Below the pieces are notes generated by a model. The model had not been told where the DNA came from and searched no databases. It saw only the letters and a list, made by a program, of their open reading frames with translations. A stretch of DNA of 64,000 bases from an uncultured Chloroflexia bacterium (GTDB lineage Bacteria; Chloroflexota; Limnocylindria; Limnocylindrales; CSP1-4). The position numbers were made by a program, and so were the translations under genes. Location of the stretch: assembly GCA_963713975.1 (NCBI GenBank), contig OY970218.1:2272001-2336000 (forward strand), given 5' to 3'. Numbering within the stretch: position 1 is the stretch's first letter; every line of letters starts with the position of its first letter. This document shows positions 9,072 to 18,825 of this stretch, in pieces.

Positions 9072-9821
9072 TCAGCCCGCGACCGGGACCGCACCGGCGA
9101 CCCTCGCGGCCTCCAGCCTCGCGGCACGGTCGGGACGCAGGTCCAGCAGATCCGGGCGGGTGGCGGCGATGAACGCCAGCGCCGCGGCCGTGATCAATGC
9201 CTCGCCGACGCCGATGAACACATGGGTTCCGACCATCGCGGGCACCACGAGCTCCGGCGCGATGGTTCCCGACGCGACGAGCATGAGCGCCATTGAGAGC
9301 GATCCGGCCACGACGGACGCCCAGCCGGCGATGCCCGACGCCGGGATGCGTCCCCGGTTCTCGCCACCGAACAGGCGGCACAGCACGCGGTACAGCGCGA
9401 ACCCGCCGAGCGTGCCGATCACCGCCATGTTGAAGATGTTGGCGCCCATCACCACGATGCCGCCATCGGAGAAGACGAGCGCCTGGACCGCGATCACGCA
9501 GGTCATCACGAGCGTGGCGGCCCACGGACCCAGCAGGACCGCGGCGAGGACGCCGCCCAGGAGATGTCCCGACGTGCCTCCCGCGACCTGGAAGTTGAAC
9601 ATCTGCGCCGCGAAGATGAACGCTGCCATCACGCCCATCAGCGGCACGGACCGCTCGTCCAGGGTCCGGTTCGTGCGCTTGACCGAGATGCCGACGACGA
9701 CGGCGATGACGACCCAGAAGAGGATCGAGATCGGCACGCTGAGGAACCGGTCCGGCGCATGCATCGAAGGGTCCAGCGCCCCGGTCGCCGGTGCGGCTGC
9801 GGTGATGGCGAAGAGGTCCAT
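9072..9821 (-). CDS. cbiM: ECF S component CbiM/NikM (alternative start 9764)
   Basis: MHAPDRFL, GTSGHLLGG, QALVFSDGG, GANIFNM. Confidence 0.9.
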   Translation of the reverse strand: MDLFAITAAAPATGALDPSMHAPDRFLSVPISILFWVVIAVVVGISVKRTNRTLDERSVPLMGVMAAFIFAAQMFNFQVAGGTSGHLLGGVLAAVLLGPWAATLVMTCVIAVQALVFSDGGIVVMGANIFNMAVIGTLGGFALYRVLCRLFGGENRGRIPASGIAGWASVVAGSLSMALMLVASGTIAPELVVPAMVGTHVFIGVGEALITAAALAFIAATRPDLLDLRPDRAARLEAARVAGAVPVAG

Positions 9822-9902
9822 GGGATCGGGCTCCCGGCGTGTCAGGGACGGGCTCGTGGTGGGACGGCCTCGAGGTCGGACAGATGCTAGACGCAACGTC
9901 CT

Positions 9903-9926
9903 GTTGTTGCAAGTAGTTGCAACAAC
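9903..9926. promoter_or_regulatory. Perfect 10-4-10 inverted repeat, probable Fur/Nur-family operator
   Basis: GTTGTTGCAA-GTAG-TTGCAACAAC, AT-rich, between divergent cbiM and the fur-family gene. Confidence 0.75.
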
Positions 9927-9953
9927 CCCAGGTCTCACCCTACTCTTCGTTCG

Positions 9954-10430
9954 ATGGACCCGACCGGATCTACCAGCCACACGGCACCCCCGGACGCCCC
10001 GGCACCCTGGCCGGACCTCCGCGAGCGGCTTCATGCGCGAGGGCTGCGCTGGACCCCCCAGCGGCGCGTCCTGGTGGGGGTCCTCGCACGCAGTGACGGC
10101 CACGTGACCGCAGCGGAGCTCATCGAGCGCTGCCGGGACCTGGATCCGGCGACCACGCCTTCGACGGTGTACCGGACGCTCGACGTGCTCGAGGAGCTCG
10201 GCATCGTGCGCCATGCGCACGGCGTGGACGGGCGCGAGGAGTTTCACGTCCTTCCCGATGCCGAGCACGGCCACCTGCACTGTGGCGGCTGCCGGCAGAC
10301 GTGGGAGATCGGCGCCGGGGAGGCGTCGGCCCTGGTCACGGCCCTGCGGGCCGAGCGCGGCTTCGTCGTGGACCTGTCGCACCTGTCGGTGGCCGGCCTG
10401 TGCCGGGAATGCGCCGCGACCGATGGCTGA
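9954..10430 (+). CDS. Fur-family regulator, Nur-like
   Basis: RWTPQRR, STVYRTLDVLEELG, HAH, HGHLHCGGC, HLSVAGLCREC; leaderless with TACTCT -10. Confidence 0.88.
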   Translation: MDPTGSTSHTAPPDAPAPWPDLRERLHARGLRWTPQRRVLVGVLARSDGHVTAAELIERCRDLDPATTPSTVYRTLDVLEELGIVRHAHGVDGREEFHVLPDAEHGHLHCGGCRQTWEIGAGEASALVTALRAERGFVVDLSHLSVAGLCRECAATDG

Positions 10431-10956
10431 CTCGCCCTACCGCAACTCCGGCCGCGTGCCGCCGGGGGTGGTGCCCGTGGTGCCGCGTCCGGGACAGGAG
10501 TCGGTGTGGGACTACCCCAGGCCCCCGGTCGTGGAGCCTGTGGCGGAGCGGATCCGCGTCATCGTGGATGGCGTCTCGATCGCGGACTCGACCCGCGCCG
10601 TTCGCGTCCTCGAGACCGCCGGCGCCCCGGTCTACTACCTGCCAGGCGAAGACGTTCGCAAGGACCTGCTGCGGCCATCGCCGTCGACCAGCCACTGCGA
10701 GTGGAAGGGCGCCGCGTCGTACTGGTCTCTGGAGTCGGGCGCACGGCGGATCCAGGATGTGGCGTGGTCCTACGAGCGCCCGAGCTCCGGGTTCGAGGCC
10801 ATCAGGGGCCACGTTGCCTTCTATGCGGCGAAGGTCGACGAGGCGTGGGTCGGCGTGGAGCGCGCGACGCCGCAGCCGGGTGGGTTCTACGGCGGCTGGA
10901 TGACGTCGCGGATCGTGGGGCCCGTGAAGGGGACCCCCGGCTCCTCGGGCTGGTAG
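10423..10956 (+). CDS. DUF427 family protein
   Basis: ESVWDYPRPP, CEWKGAASYW, QPGGFYGGW. Confidence 0.88.
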   Translation: MADSPYRNSGRVPPGVVPVVPRPGQESVWDYPRPPVVEPVAERIRVIVDGVSIADSTRAVRVLETAGAPVYYLPGEDVRKDLLRPSPSTSHCEWKGAASYWSLESGARRIQDVAWSYERPSSGFEAIRGHVAFYAAKVDEAWVGVERATPQPGGFYGGWMTSRIVGPVKGTPGSSGW

Positions 10957-11002
10957 GCCCGGGCCAAGCCGTCGTCGGCGGAGGGCCGCGGTGCGGAGCG
11001 GG

Positions 11003-11848
11003 TCAGCCGGCCGCGTTGGTCGCCAGCACGGCATCGGACAGCGCCGGCCACGCGGCCGCCGCCCACGGCCCGAACGGCCGGTCCGTCAGGCACGCGATCG
11101 CCAGGCCGGCATCCGGGTCCACCCACAGGAACGACCCACTGGCTCCGAAGTGCCCGAACGTCCTGGGCGAGTTCCGCGTTCCGGTCCAATGGGGCGCCTT
11201 CGTGCCGCGAACCTCGAACCCGAGACCCCAGTCGTTCGGGTCCTGCAGGCCGAACCCCGGCAGCACACCGCGCAGACCCGGGAACGCGACGGTCGTCGCC
11301 TCGACGAGGATGGCCGCCGGGAGGACCCGCGGCCGTAGCAGCTCGCAGGCGAACGCGGCAAGGTCCCGCGCCGGGCCAACCAGCCCCTGGGACGGCGGAC
11401 CGTCCAGGCGGGTCCCCTCCATTCCGAGCGGGTCGAGGACCCATTCCCGGAGCAGCGCCTCGAACGGCCGACTGGCGGCGCCTGCGAGCACATCCGCCAG
11501 GACGTCGTAGCCCGTGTTGGAGTAGATCCGGGTCCGCCCCGGCGGCGACACGACCGCCGGGCCGTCGAAGCCGTACCCGGCCGTGTGGGCCAGGAGATGG
11601 CGGACCGTTGCGCCCGGCGGGCCGGCTGGATCGTCCAGCCCCAGGACGCCCCGGTGGACGCCCGCAAGCACCGCGCAGGCCGTCAAGGGCTTGCTCACGG
11701 ACGCCCACGGCAGGGCCGCGTCCAGGGGCCCGCGGTCGGCCGCCGGGCCATGGCCGTCAACCACCGCCACCGCGGCCGTCACGGCGCCCCAGTCATCGAC
11801 GGCACGGAGCACGGACGCCTCGAGGTGGCGCCCGGAGTGGGGGATCAC
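11003..11848 (-). CDS. Serine hydrolase, beta-lactamase-like family
   Basis: SxxK (SVSK), LLAHTAG, YSN, FGHFG. Confidence 0.85.
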   Translation of the reverse strand: MIPHSGRHLEASVLRAVDDWGAVTAAVAVVDGHGPAADRGPLDAALPWASVSKPLTACAVLAGVHRGVLGLDDPAGPPGATVRHLLAHTAGYGFDGPAVVSPPGRTRIYSNTGYDVLADVLAGAASRPFEALLREWVLDPLGMEGTRLDGPPSQGLVGPARDLAAFACELLRPRVLPAAILVEATTVAFPGLRGVLPGFGLQDPNDWGLGFEVRGTKAPHWTGTRNSPRTFGHFGASGSFLWVDPDAGLAIACLTDRPFGPWAAAAWPALSDAVLATNAAG

Positions 11849-12183
11849 CCGCCCCCGGACCGGTAGACGACGACCTCGAGTTTCTCGAGCGTCACCAGGC
11901 CACCCCCGATCATCGGCTCCAGCTCCGGCAGGACCGCCCGGATCCGGTCGGCCTCGTCGACGGCCTCGACCAGGATCGGCAGGTCCTCGGACAGGGCCAG
12001 GATCCTCGTGGTGTGGACGCGCGAGGACCGCCCGTAGCCCTCGATACCCCGGAACACCGACACGCCGCGGATTCCGCGCTCGCGCATCAGCTGCACGATC
12101 GCGTCGTACAGCGGCTTCCCCTCGTGGTGGTCGGACTCGCCGATATAGATCCGGACCAGCAGGGCCTCGCCCTCGATCGTCAT
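11845..12183 (-). CDS. DUF190 (PII-like) protein
   Basis: RIYIGESD, RGIEGYG, LSEDLPI; standard neighbour of crcB. Confidence 0.88.
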   Translation of the reverse strand: MTIEGEALLVRIYIGESDHHEGKPLYDAIVQLMRERGIRGVSVFRGIEGYGRSSRVHTTRILALSEDLPILVEAVDEADRIRAVLPELEPMIGGGLVTLEKLEVVVYRSGGG

Positions 12184-12193
12184 GGCACGGACC

Positions 12194-12568
12194 TCACGGC
12201 AGCAGTCGACCGATGGCCAGGCCACCGACGACCGCGATCATCCCGAGCATCACGGACCCACCCAGGTTGAGCAGGGCTACCTGCCACGTCCCGTCCTCCA
12301 CCAGCCGCCACGACTCCAGCATCCACGTGGAGAACGTGGTGTAGGCGCCCAGAAAGCCGATCATGAGCGGCCCCCGGACCTCGCGCGGCAGGACGTCTCG
12401 CTCGATCGCCCAGGCGAACAGCACGCCAACCAGGAACGCCCCGGTCACGTTGACGACGAGCGTGCCGAACGGGAAGACGCCCCCGGCGCGGTCGCTGACC
12501 CACAGGTCGAGGGAGCGTCGGGCGATCGCGCCGGCGAACCCGCCGAGCCCGACCAGGACGAGGTCCAC
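12194..12568 (-). CDS. crcB: Fluoride channel CrcB/Fluc
   Basis: GGFAGAIAR, FPFGTLVVNVTG, GFLGAYTTFST. Confidence 0.93.
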   Translation of the reverse strand: MDLVLVGLGGFAGAIARRSLDLWVSDRAGGVFPFGTLVVNVTGAFLVGVLFAWAIERDVLPREVRGPLMIGFLGAYTTFSTWMLESWRLVEDGTWQVALLNLGGSVMLGMIAVVGGLAIGRLLP

Positions 12569-12571
12569 CAG

Positions 12572-13354
12572 CTACTCGGTGGGGGAGGGCACGCCGAGGA
12601 TGTTGAAGCCCCCGTCCACGTAGACGATCTCGCCGGTCACCGCCGTGGACAGGTCCGAGCCGAGGTAGACGGCGGTCTTGCCCACGTCCTCGATGGAGAT
12701 GTGGGCCCGCAGCGGAGCGACCTCGTTGAACGGGCCATACAGCTTGCGGAAGCCGGCGATGCCACCCGCGGACAGCGTGCGGATCGGGCCCGCGGAAATG
12801 GCGTTCACGCGGATTCCGTCGGGTCCCAGATCCGCGGCGAGGTACCGGACGGACGCCTCGAGCGCGGCCTTGGCCACGCCCATGACGTTGTAGTGGGTGA
12901 CGACCTTCTCCGCGCCGTAGTAGGTGAGCGTGATCACGCTGCTGCCGCGGTGGAGATAGGGCCGTGCCTCGCGGGCCAGGGCCACGAGCGAGTAGGCCGA
13001 GATGTCCATGGCGAGGGCGAAGCCGTCCCGCGAGGTGTCCACGAAGGACCCGTCAAGGTCCTCGCGCTTCCCGTAGGCCACCGCATGGACCAGGATGTCG
13101 ATGTCGCCCTGCTGCTCGTGCCACTTCGCCATGACCGAGCGGATCTGCTCATCCGACCCCACGTCGCAGGCCTCGACGAACGGACTGCCGATGGAGTCGG
13201 CGAGCGGCCGGACGCGGCGCTCGATGAGGCTCTCCACCGACGAGAAGCCGACGACGGCACCCTCGTCGTGGAAGGCCTTCGCGATCCCCCAGGCGATGGA
13301 GTGGTCGTTCGCTACCCCGAACACGAGCGCCTTGCGCCCCTCGAGCAGACCCAT
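12572..13354 (-). CDS. fabI: Enoyl-ACP reductase
   Basis: GVANDHSIAWGIA, YNVMGVAKAALE, NAISAGPIRTL. Confidence 0.93.
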   Translation of the reverse strand: MGLLEGRKALVFGVANDHSIAWGIAKAFHDEGAVVGFSSVESLIERRVRPLADSIGSPFVEACDVGSDEQIRSVMAKWHEQQGDIDILVHAVAYGKREDLDGSFVDTSRDGFALAMDISAYSLVALAREARPYLHRGSSVITLTYYGAEKVVTHYNVMGVAKAALEASVRYLAADLGPDGIRVNAISAGPIRTLSAGGIAGFRKLYGPFNEVAPLRAHISIEDVGKTAVYLGSDLSTAVTGEIVYVDGGFNILGVPSPTE

Positions 13355-13387
13355 GCGTGGCTCCTCCCTTCCGATACCCTGCGCATC

Positions 13388-14272
13388 ATGCCGCACCCGG
13401 TCGATCCCGACTCCGCCCTGCGTGCAGCCTTGCACGGGGTCCGCGCGCTGCTGCTTGACCTCGATGGCGTGCTGGTCGCCAAGGGGGCGGCCGTGCCCGG
13501 CGCGGTCGAGGCGCTGGCCGAGCTGGACCGGCGGCGGTTCCCATACCTGGTGGTGACCAACACCTCGCTCGTCTCGCGGGCGACGCTGGCCCGGTGGGGG
13601 AGGGGCGTCGGCTTCAACATCCCCGCGGACCGGTTCCAGTCGGCGCTCTCGGCGTCGGCCGCCATGGTGCGGCGGGAGTATGGCGACCGGCCGGTCTACG
13701 TGATCACGTCGGACGATGCACGGGTGGAGTTCGAGGGCGTCAACCTGGTGGATGCGGCGATGGCGGACGCGTCGCCGGCCGACGTCGCGGCGGTCGTCAT
13801 CGGCGATTCACCGGACCAGCTGACGAAGGCCAACCTGGACCGCGCCTTCCGGCTGGTCCGCGGCGGCGTGGCGCTCATCGGCATGCACCGCAATGCCTGG
13901 TGGCTGACCGAGCAGGGACCCACCCTGGATGCCGGCGCCTTCCTCGTCGGCCTCGAGTACGCGACCGGCAAGCGCGCGAGGACTGTCGGCAAGCCCTCCG
14001 CCGAGAGCTTCAGGCTGGGCTTCGGGCGGCTGGCCGCGGAGGCCCGCGAGCTCGGCGAGCCCCGGCTGCTCCGGCGCGAGGTGGCGATGGTTGGCGACGA
14101 CGTCACCAACGACATCGGCGGCGCGCAGCGGGCGAGCCTGCTCGGGATCTTCGTCCGCACCGGCAAGCACGGCGACGCGGAGCTGGCTGCGGCAGCGAGC
14201 CGCGGGCGGGGCGCGGTCCACCCGGCTGGGATCGCCCCATCGATCGCGGAGGTCGTCGCAGCGCTGCCGTAG
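13388..14272 (+). CDS. HAD-IIA family hydrolase
   Basis: DLDGVL, VTNTS, GKPS, MVGDDVTNDIGGA; leaderless with TACCCT -10. Confidence 0.88.
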   Translation: MPHPVDPDSALRAALHGVRALLLDLDGVLVAKGAAVPGAVEALAELDRRRFPYLVVTNTSLVSRATLARWGRGVGFNIPADRFQSALSASAAMVRREYGDRPVYVITSDDARVEFEGVNLVDAAMADASPADVAAVVIGDSPDQLTKANLDRAFRLVRGGVALIGMHRNAWWLTEQGPTLDAGAFLVGLEYATGKRARTVGKPSAESFRLGFGRLAAEARELGEPRLLRREVAMVGDDVTNDIGGAQRASLLGIFVRTGKHGDAELAAAASRGRGAVHPAGIAPSIAEVVAALP

Positions 14273-14289
14273 CCGACTGGCCATCCGCT

Positions 14290-15909
14290 TCAGCTCGACG
14301 GGCGCGTCACCCGCACGTCGTCGATCCCGGCCTCCACGAGGGACGACCGGCCGGCGTCTTCCGCTTCGAACAGGATCCGGATCCGCTGCCCCGCCCAGGC
14401 GTCCAGGTTCACGGACGCCGAGCCCCACCGCCCGGCGACAACGGCCGCCGACCCGGTCCGCTGCCAGACCGTGCTCCGCGTCCCGTCCTCCGCCTCCACC
14501 ACGACCCGCAGGTGGTCCGCCGCGGAGGATCTGGCGTTGTGGGCGAACAGCCATCGGAACGCCAGGCGCTGGCCGGCGGAGGCCGGCATGGCGATCGGCG
14601 CCGAGCGGACGGTCGTTCGCCCGTCCAGGTCGTTGGTGGACGGCCCGTTCCCGGCCGGCGCGCCCGTGACGAGGGCCATCCGTCCGGACGGCACGGCGCC
14701 GCGCTGCATCACGACAGCGGCCGCCTTCGTCGTCATCGGATCTCCTCGCGTCCAGCGGCCCGACGCCGGCGCCGTGTCGGTCCCGTCCGGGTTCACCGTC
14801 CAGCCCCCGGCCACCTCGAGGTCGTCGTCGAACGCCCCGCAGCGGGCATCGCGCACGGCCGCCCCGAGCACCCCGAGCGGGCACCATGCCCGCTCCGCGA
14901 GGTACAGGACGGCCTCCTTGTTGCGCGCGGTCTCGGACGCGATCCTCGTGTCCTTCGGGTAGTCGACCCTGGACAGCTCGAACGTGTAGGAGAAGATCCG
15001 GTACGTGCCGTACTCGTAGTCGCGCGTCGTGCCCGAGGTGACGTACAGGTCACTCGCCTGCTCGGGGTGATAGCCGTTGGTGGCGGCCATGTGCCGGCCG
15101 ATGGCGGCCAGCGCCGCGCGGTCCTGCGCCGTCATGTCGGCCGGCACGTCCTTCTTCGTGTAGCCGTAGGGCCACATGACGAGGCGGCCGTACTCGTGGA
15201 AGGTGATCGCCGCGCGGATCTGCTGGCGCCCGCCCACGACCCGGCTGGCGAGGAAGCTGCGGAAGGCGCGGGTCTCGGGCGCGGAGAAGGCGGAGCGACC
15301 GCGATACGTGATCGCCAGCGGGTTCTTGCTGGTCTTGCCGCCCCCGCCCCAGCGGTAGCCGTAGTTGCGGTTGAGGTCCGTGCCGACCGTCCCGTTCGCG
15401 TTCGGCTGGCGGTTCTTGCGCCAGTGGTGGAAGCGGCCGTCCCGGATGTCGAACTCGGCGCCGTCCGGGTTCGCCGCGAACACGATCCAGATCTCGCGGG
15501 TGTTGACGATGCTCGTGATCCGCTGGTCCGTCCCGTACCCGTCCGCCAGCCAGTGAAGGATCCGGAGTGTCATCTCGAGGCTCATGTGCTCGTCGCCGTG
15601 GTGGAGTCCGTCGAACAGGACCTCGGGCTCGGCCTCGTCCGTGGCGACGTTGTCGCTGATCTTGGCCGCCCACAGCTGGCGGCCCTTGTGGCTGGTTCCG
15701 ATCGAGAGCCGCTGGACGATGCCGGGGTGTGCGGCGGCCACGGCGGCGACCTCGGCGCTCATCTCCGCGTAGGTGTGGAACCCCTCGTAGCCCGGCGGGA
15801 ACTCGCTGGCCGCCAGGGCGGGGGACGCGGGCGCTCCCAGGCCTGCCAGGATGCCGGCGACGATCGCGACGACTGCGGTGGCTAACCGGGCTCGACGGAT
15901 GGGGGGCAT
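14290..15909 (-). CDS. Secreted M14 zinc carboxypeptidase (carboxypeptidase T-like) with C-terminal beta-sandwich domain
   Basis: Signal peptide; HxxE (HGDE), NPDG, WRKNR, DLNRNY, FH, TFEL. Confidence 0.88.
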   Translation of the reverse strand: MPPIRRARLATAVVAIVAGILAGLGAPASPALAASEFPPGYEGFHTYAEMSAEVAAVAAAHPGIVQRLSIGTSHKGRQLWAAKISDNVATDEAEPEVLFDGLHHGDEHMSLEMTLRILHWLADGYGTDQRITSIVNTREIWIVFAANPDGAEFDIRDGRFHHWRKNRQPNANGTVGTDLNRNYGYRWGGGGKTSKNPLAITYRGRSAFSAPETRAFRSFLASRVVGGRQQIRAAITFHEYGRLVMWPYGYTKKDVPADMTAQDRAALAAIGRHMAATNGYHPEQASDLYVTSGTTRDYEYGTYRIFSYTFELSRVDYPKDTRIASETARNKEAVLYLAERAWCPLGVLGAAVRDARCGAFDDDLEVAGGWTVNPDGTDTAPASGRWTRGDPMTTKAAAVVMQRGAVPSGRMALVTGAPAGNGPSTNDLDGRTTVRSAPIAMPASAGQRLAFRWLFAHNARSSAADHLRVVVEAEDGTRSTVWQRTGSAAVVAGRWGSASVNLDAWAGQRIRILFEAEDAGRSSLVEAGIDDVRVTRPSS

Positions 15910-16048
15910 GCCGCCCAGTGTGGCGCCTCCCGGCAAGCGCGTGTATGGCACGGGAGTCCCGGTCCCGGCACTAGACTCTTGGGCAACGAACCCGTCGACC
16001 CCGCGCGTCCGTCCGTGACACCGGCGCGCCCCAAGGGAGCCAACTCCA

Positions 16049-17614
16049 ATGGCCGAGCGGATCAAGATCACCTACGCGACCCTGCGCAACGACAACGAGG
16101 AGCTCCACGCGCTCTACGAGGCCGGGCTGGAGAAGGCCAAGGCCCGCCTGGGCGTCTACCACCGGAACTTCATCGACGGCGCGGAGCGCGACGGTGACGG
16201 CGCCTTCGAGGTCCGGTCGCCGATCGACCGGGACATCCTCGTGGGGACGTTTGCCCGCGGCACCCGGACCGACGTGCAGGACGCCGTCGCCGCCGCCCGC
16301 CGTGCGCAACCCGCCTGGTTCCGCCTGGGCTGGGAGAAGCGGCTCGAGATCCTCAAGGCCGCCGCGGAGCTCATCTCCGAGCGCCAGATGGAGTACGGCG
16401 GCCTGATGGCGATCGAGGTCGGCAAGACCCGTCTGGAGGCCCTGGGCGAGGTCGAGGAAGCAGCGGACCTGATCCGCTACTACGCGAAGACCGCCGAGGA
16501 CAACCTGCTCTACGACCACCCGATGGACAACCTGGGCGACGCGGCGGTGCACACCCGCTCGATCCTCCGGCCGCACGGCGTGTTCGCGGTCATCAGCCCG
16601 TTCAACTTCCCGATGGCGCTCTCGGTGGGGCCGTCCTCCGCTGCCCTGATGGCCGGCAACGCCGTCGTGTTCAAGCCGGCGTCCGTCGCGGCCATGTCGG
16701 CCATCGCGCTGATGGAGGTCTATCGCGACGCCGGTGTCCCCGACGGCGTGTTCAACCTCGTCATGGGCCCCGGCGACACGGTCGGCGCGGAGCTCCAGGA
16801 AAACCAGGGCATCGACGGCATCGTGTTCACCGGGTCGTACGAGGTGGGCTTCGAGCTGTTCCGCAACTTCAGCAAGCGCTATCCGCGCCCGTGCATCGTG
16901 GAGATGGGCGGGAAGAACCCGGCGATCGTGCTGCGCAGCGCGGACCTCGAGGAGGCCGCCGAGGGCATCATGCGGGCCGCGTTCGGCTACGGTGGCCAGA
17001 AGTGCTCGGCCAACAGCCGCGTCTACGTGGAGCGCCCGGTCCACGACGAGCTGGTCCGGATCCTGGTCGAGAAGACGGAGAAGCTGGTCGTCGGCGACCC
17101 GCTGCCGCGGACCGCGTTCCTCGGCCCCGTGATCGACGAGCGCGCCGTCGCCCGCCACCAGCAGGCCGTGGCCGAGGCCCGCCGTGACGGCACCGTGTTC
17201 ACCGGTGGCGAGCACCTCACCGACGGCGACTTCGCCCGGGGCTTCTACGTGGAGCCGACGGTCGTCGGCCTGCCGCCCCAGCATCGCCTGTTCCAGGACG
17301 AGCTGTTCGCGCCGTTCACGGCGGTCGCCGCCGTGAACTCGCTGGACGAGGCACTCGCCTTCGCCAACGACAACGTCTACGGCCTCACTGCCGGCGTGTA
17401 CTCGGAGGACCCGGCCGAGGTCCAGCAGTTCCTGGAGGAGATTCAGGCGGGCGTGCTGTACGTCAACCGGCGGGCCGGTGCCACGACCGGCGCCTGGCCG
17501 GGCGTGCAGGCGTTCGGCGGCTGGAAGGGCTCCGGTTCCACCGGCAAGTCCGGCCTGTCGATGTACTACGTGGCGCAGTTCCTGCGCGAGCAGAGCCACA
17601 CCGTCGTCGACTGA
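16049..17614 (+). CDS. Aldehyde dehydrogenase, P5C-dehydrogenase-like
   Basis: [41 protein letters not shown]. Confidence 0.88.
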   Translation: MAERIKITYATLRNDNEELHALYEAGLEKAKARLGVYHRNFIDGAERDGDGAFEVRSPIDRDILVGTFARGTRTDVQDAVAAARRAQPAWFRLGWEKRLEILKAAAELISERQMEYGGLMAIEVGKTRLEALGEVEEAADLIRYYAKTAEDNLLYDHPMDNLGDAAVHTRSILRPHGVFAVISPFNFPMALSVGPSSAALMAGNAVVFKPASVAAMSAIALMEVYRDAGVPDGVFNLVMGPGDTVGAELQENQGIDGIVFTGSYEVGFELFRNFSKRYPRPCIVEMGGKNPAIVLRSADLEEAAEGIMRAAFGYGGQKCSANSRVYVERPVHDELVRILVEKTEKLVVGDPLPRTAFLGPVIDERAVARHQQAVAEARRDGTVFTGGEHLTDGDFARGFYVEPTVVGLPPQHRLFQDELFAPFTAVAAVNSLDEALAFANDNVYGLTAGVYSEDPAEVQQFLEEIQAGVLYVNRRAGATTGAWPGVQAFGGWKGSGSTGKSGLSMYYVAQFLREQSHTVVD

Positions 17615-17626
17615 CGGTGGAACCAG

Positions 17627-17651
17627 GCGGGACCCGGCAGCCGGGTCCCGC
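17627..17651. repeat. Perfect 11-bp inverted repeat (RNA hairpin) between ALDH and acdS
   Basis: GCGGGACCCGG-CAG-CCGGGTCCCGC. Confidence 0.7.
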
Positions 17652-17669
17652 TCGATGCCGGAGCCTGCC

Positions 17670-18689
17670 GTGACCCTCGCCGATTTTCCCCGTGTACCCC
17701 TCCTGTTCGGCCCGTCGCCGATCCATCGCCTCGATCGCCTGACGAAGCATCTCGCTGGCGCCACCATCTGGGCCAAGCGGGAGGACTGCAACAGCGGCCT
17801 CGCTTTCGGCGGCAACAAGGTGCGCAAGCTGGAGTACCTGCTCGCCGATGCGCTCGCGCAGGGATGCGACACGCTCGTGTCCATCGGCGGTGTCCAGTCC
17901 AACCACACCCGGCAGGTTGCGGCGGTCGCCGCCCACGCGGGCCTCGGCTGCGTGCTTGTCCAGGAGCACTGGGTGGACTGGCCGGATGTGACCTACGACC
18001 GGGTCGGGAACATCCTCATGTCCCGGCTCATGGGTGCGGACGTGCGCCTGCATCCGGCGGGCTTCGGGATCGGGTTCAAGGAGAGCTGGGAGCAGGCGCT
18101 CGCCGATGTCGAGGCGGCCGGCGGCAAGCCGTACGCGATCCCGGCCGGTGCCTCCGACCACCCGCTCGGCGGGCATGGGTTCGCGGGCTGGGCGATGGAG
18201 GTGGCCCGCCAGGAGGAGGAGCTGGGCGTCTTCTTCGACACGATCGTCGTCTGCTCGGTCACCGGGTCCACGCAGGCCGGGATGATCGCCGGGTTCGCGG
18301 TCCTGGAGGATGCCGGCGGACGGCCTCGGCGCGTCGTGGGTGTCGATGGGTCTGCCACGCCGCTCGAGACGCGGGAGCAGGTCGCCCGCATCGCGCGGAG
18401 GACGGCGACCGCCATCGGCCTGGGACGGGAGCTGCGCCCGGACGAGGTGATCCTTGACGACCGCTACCACGCCGGCGTGTACGGCATCCCGGACGAGGTG
18501 ACCCTCGAGGCCATGCGGCTTGTCGCGCGGCTCGAGGGGATGATCACGGACCCCGTCTACGAGGGGAAGTCGATGGCCGGCCTGGTCGACATGGTGGCCC
18601 GTGGGGAGATCGGGAAGGGGAGCAACGTCCTCTACGCGCACCTCGGAGGACAGCCGGCGATCAACGCCTACGCCTCGCTGTTCGGCTGA
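17670..18689 (+). CDS. acdS: 1-aminocyclopropane-1-carboxylate deaminase
   Basis: [47 protein letters not shown] (Glu), YAHLGG (Leu); 339 aa from a GTG with GGAG RBS. Confidence 0.9.
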   Translation: MTLADFPRVPLLFGPSPIHRLDRLTKHLAGATIWAKREDCNSGLAFGGNKVRKLEYLLADALAQGCDTLVSIGGVQSNHTRQVAAVAAHAGLGCVLVQEHWVDWPDVTYDRVGNILMSRLMGADVRLHPAGFGIGFKESWEQALADVEAAGGKPYAIPAGASDHPLGGHGFAGWAMEVARQEEELGVFFDTIVVCSVTGSTQAGMIAGFAVLEDAGGRPRRVVGVDGSATPLETREQVARIARRTATAIGLGRELRPDEVILDDRYHAGVYGIPDEVTLEAMRLVARLEGMITDPVYEGKSMAGLVDMVARGEIGKGSNVLYAHLGGQPAINAYASLFG

Positions 18690-18741
18690 CGATCCGCGGG
18701 CCGGTCGTCCCCGGTGAGGCCCAGGTCGCCCGGACGCGCTC

Positions 18742-18777
18742 TGCTATGCTCGTATGCACTCTGCATAGGATCTATGC
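18742..18777 (+). promoter_or_regulatory. Extended -10 promoter followed by overlapping palindromic operator(s)
   Basis: TGcTATGCT, then TATGCA-CTC-TGCATA and GCATAG-GAT-CTATGC. Confidence 0.55.
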
Positions 18778-18825
18778 GCTCGGGTCGTGGTTGGCCCGCC
18801 CGCCCAATGCCCTCGAGGAGGCCCC

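Noticed and set aside
12182-14272. 696-aa ORF
   Set aside because: The first ~400 aa are antisense to crcB/fabI; the HAD gene starts at 13388
13594-17908. Long Arg/Pro/Gly-rich alternative-frame ORFs (e.g. 763 aa and 645 aa)
   Set aside because: Stop-poor shadow frames expected at this GC content, overlapping well-supported genes
17670-18689. D-cysteine desulfhydrase
   Set aside because: The ACC-deaminase-specific Glu and Leu residues are present
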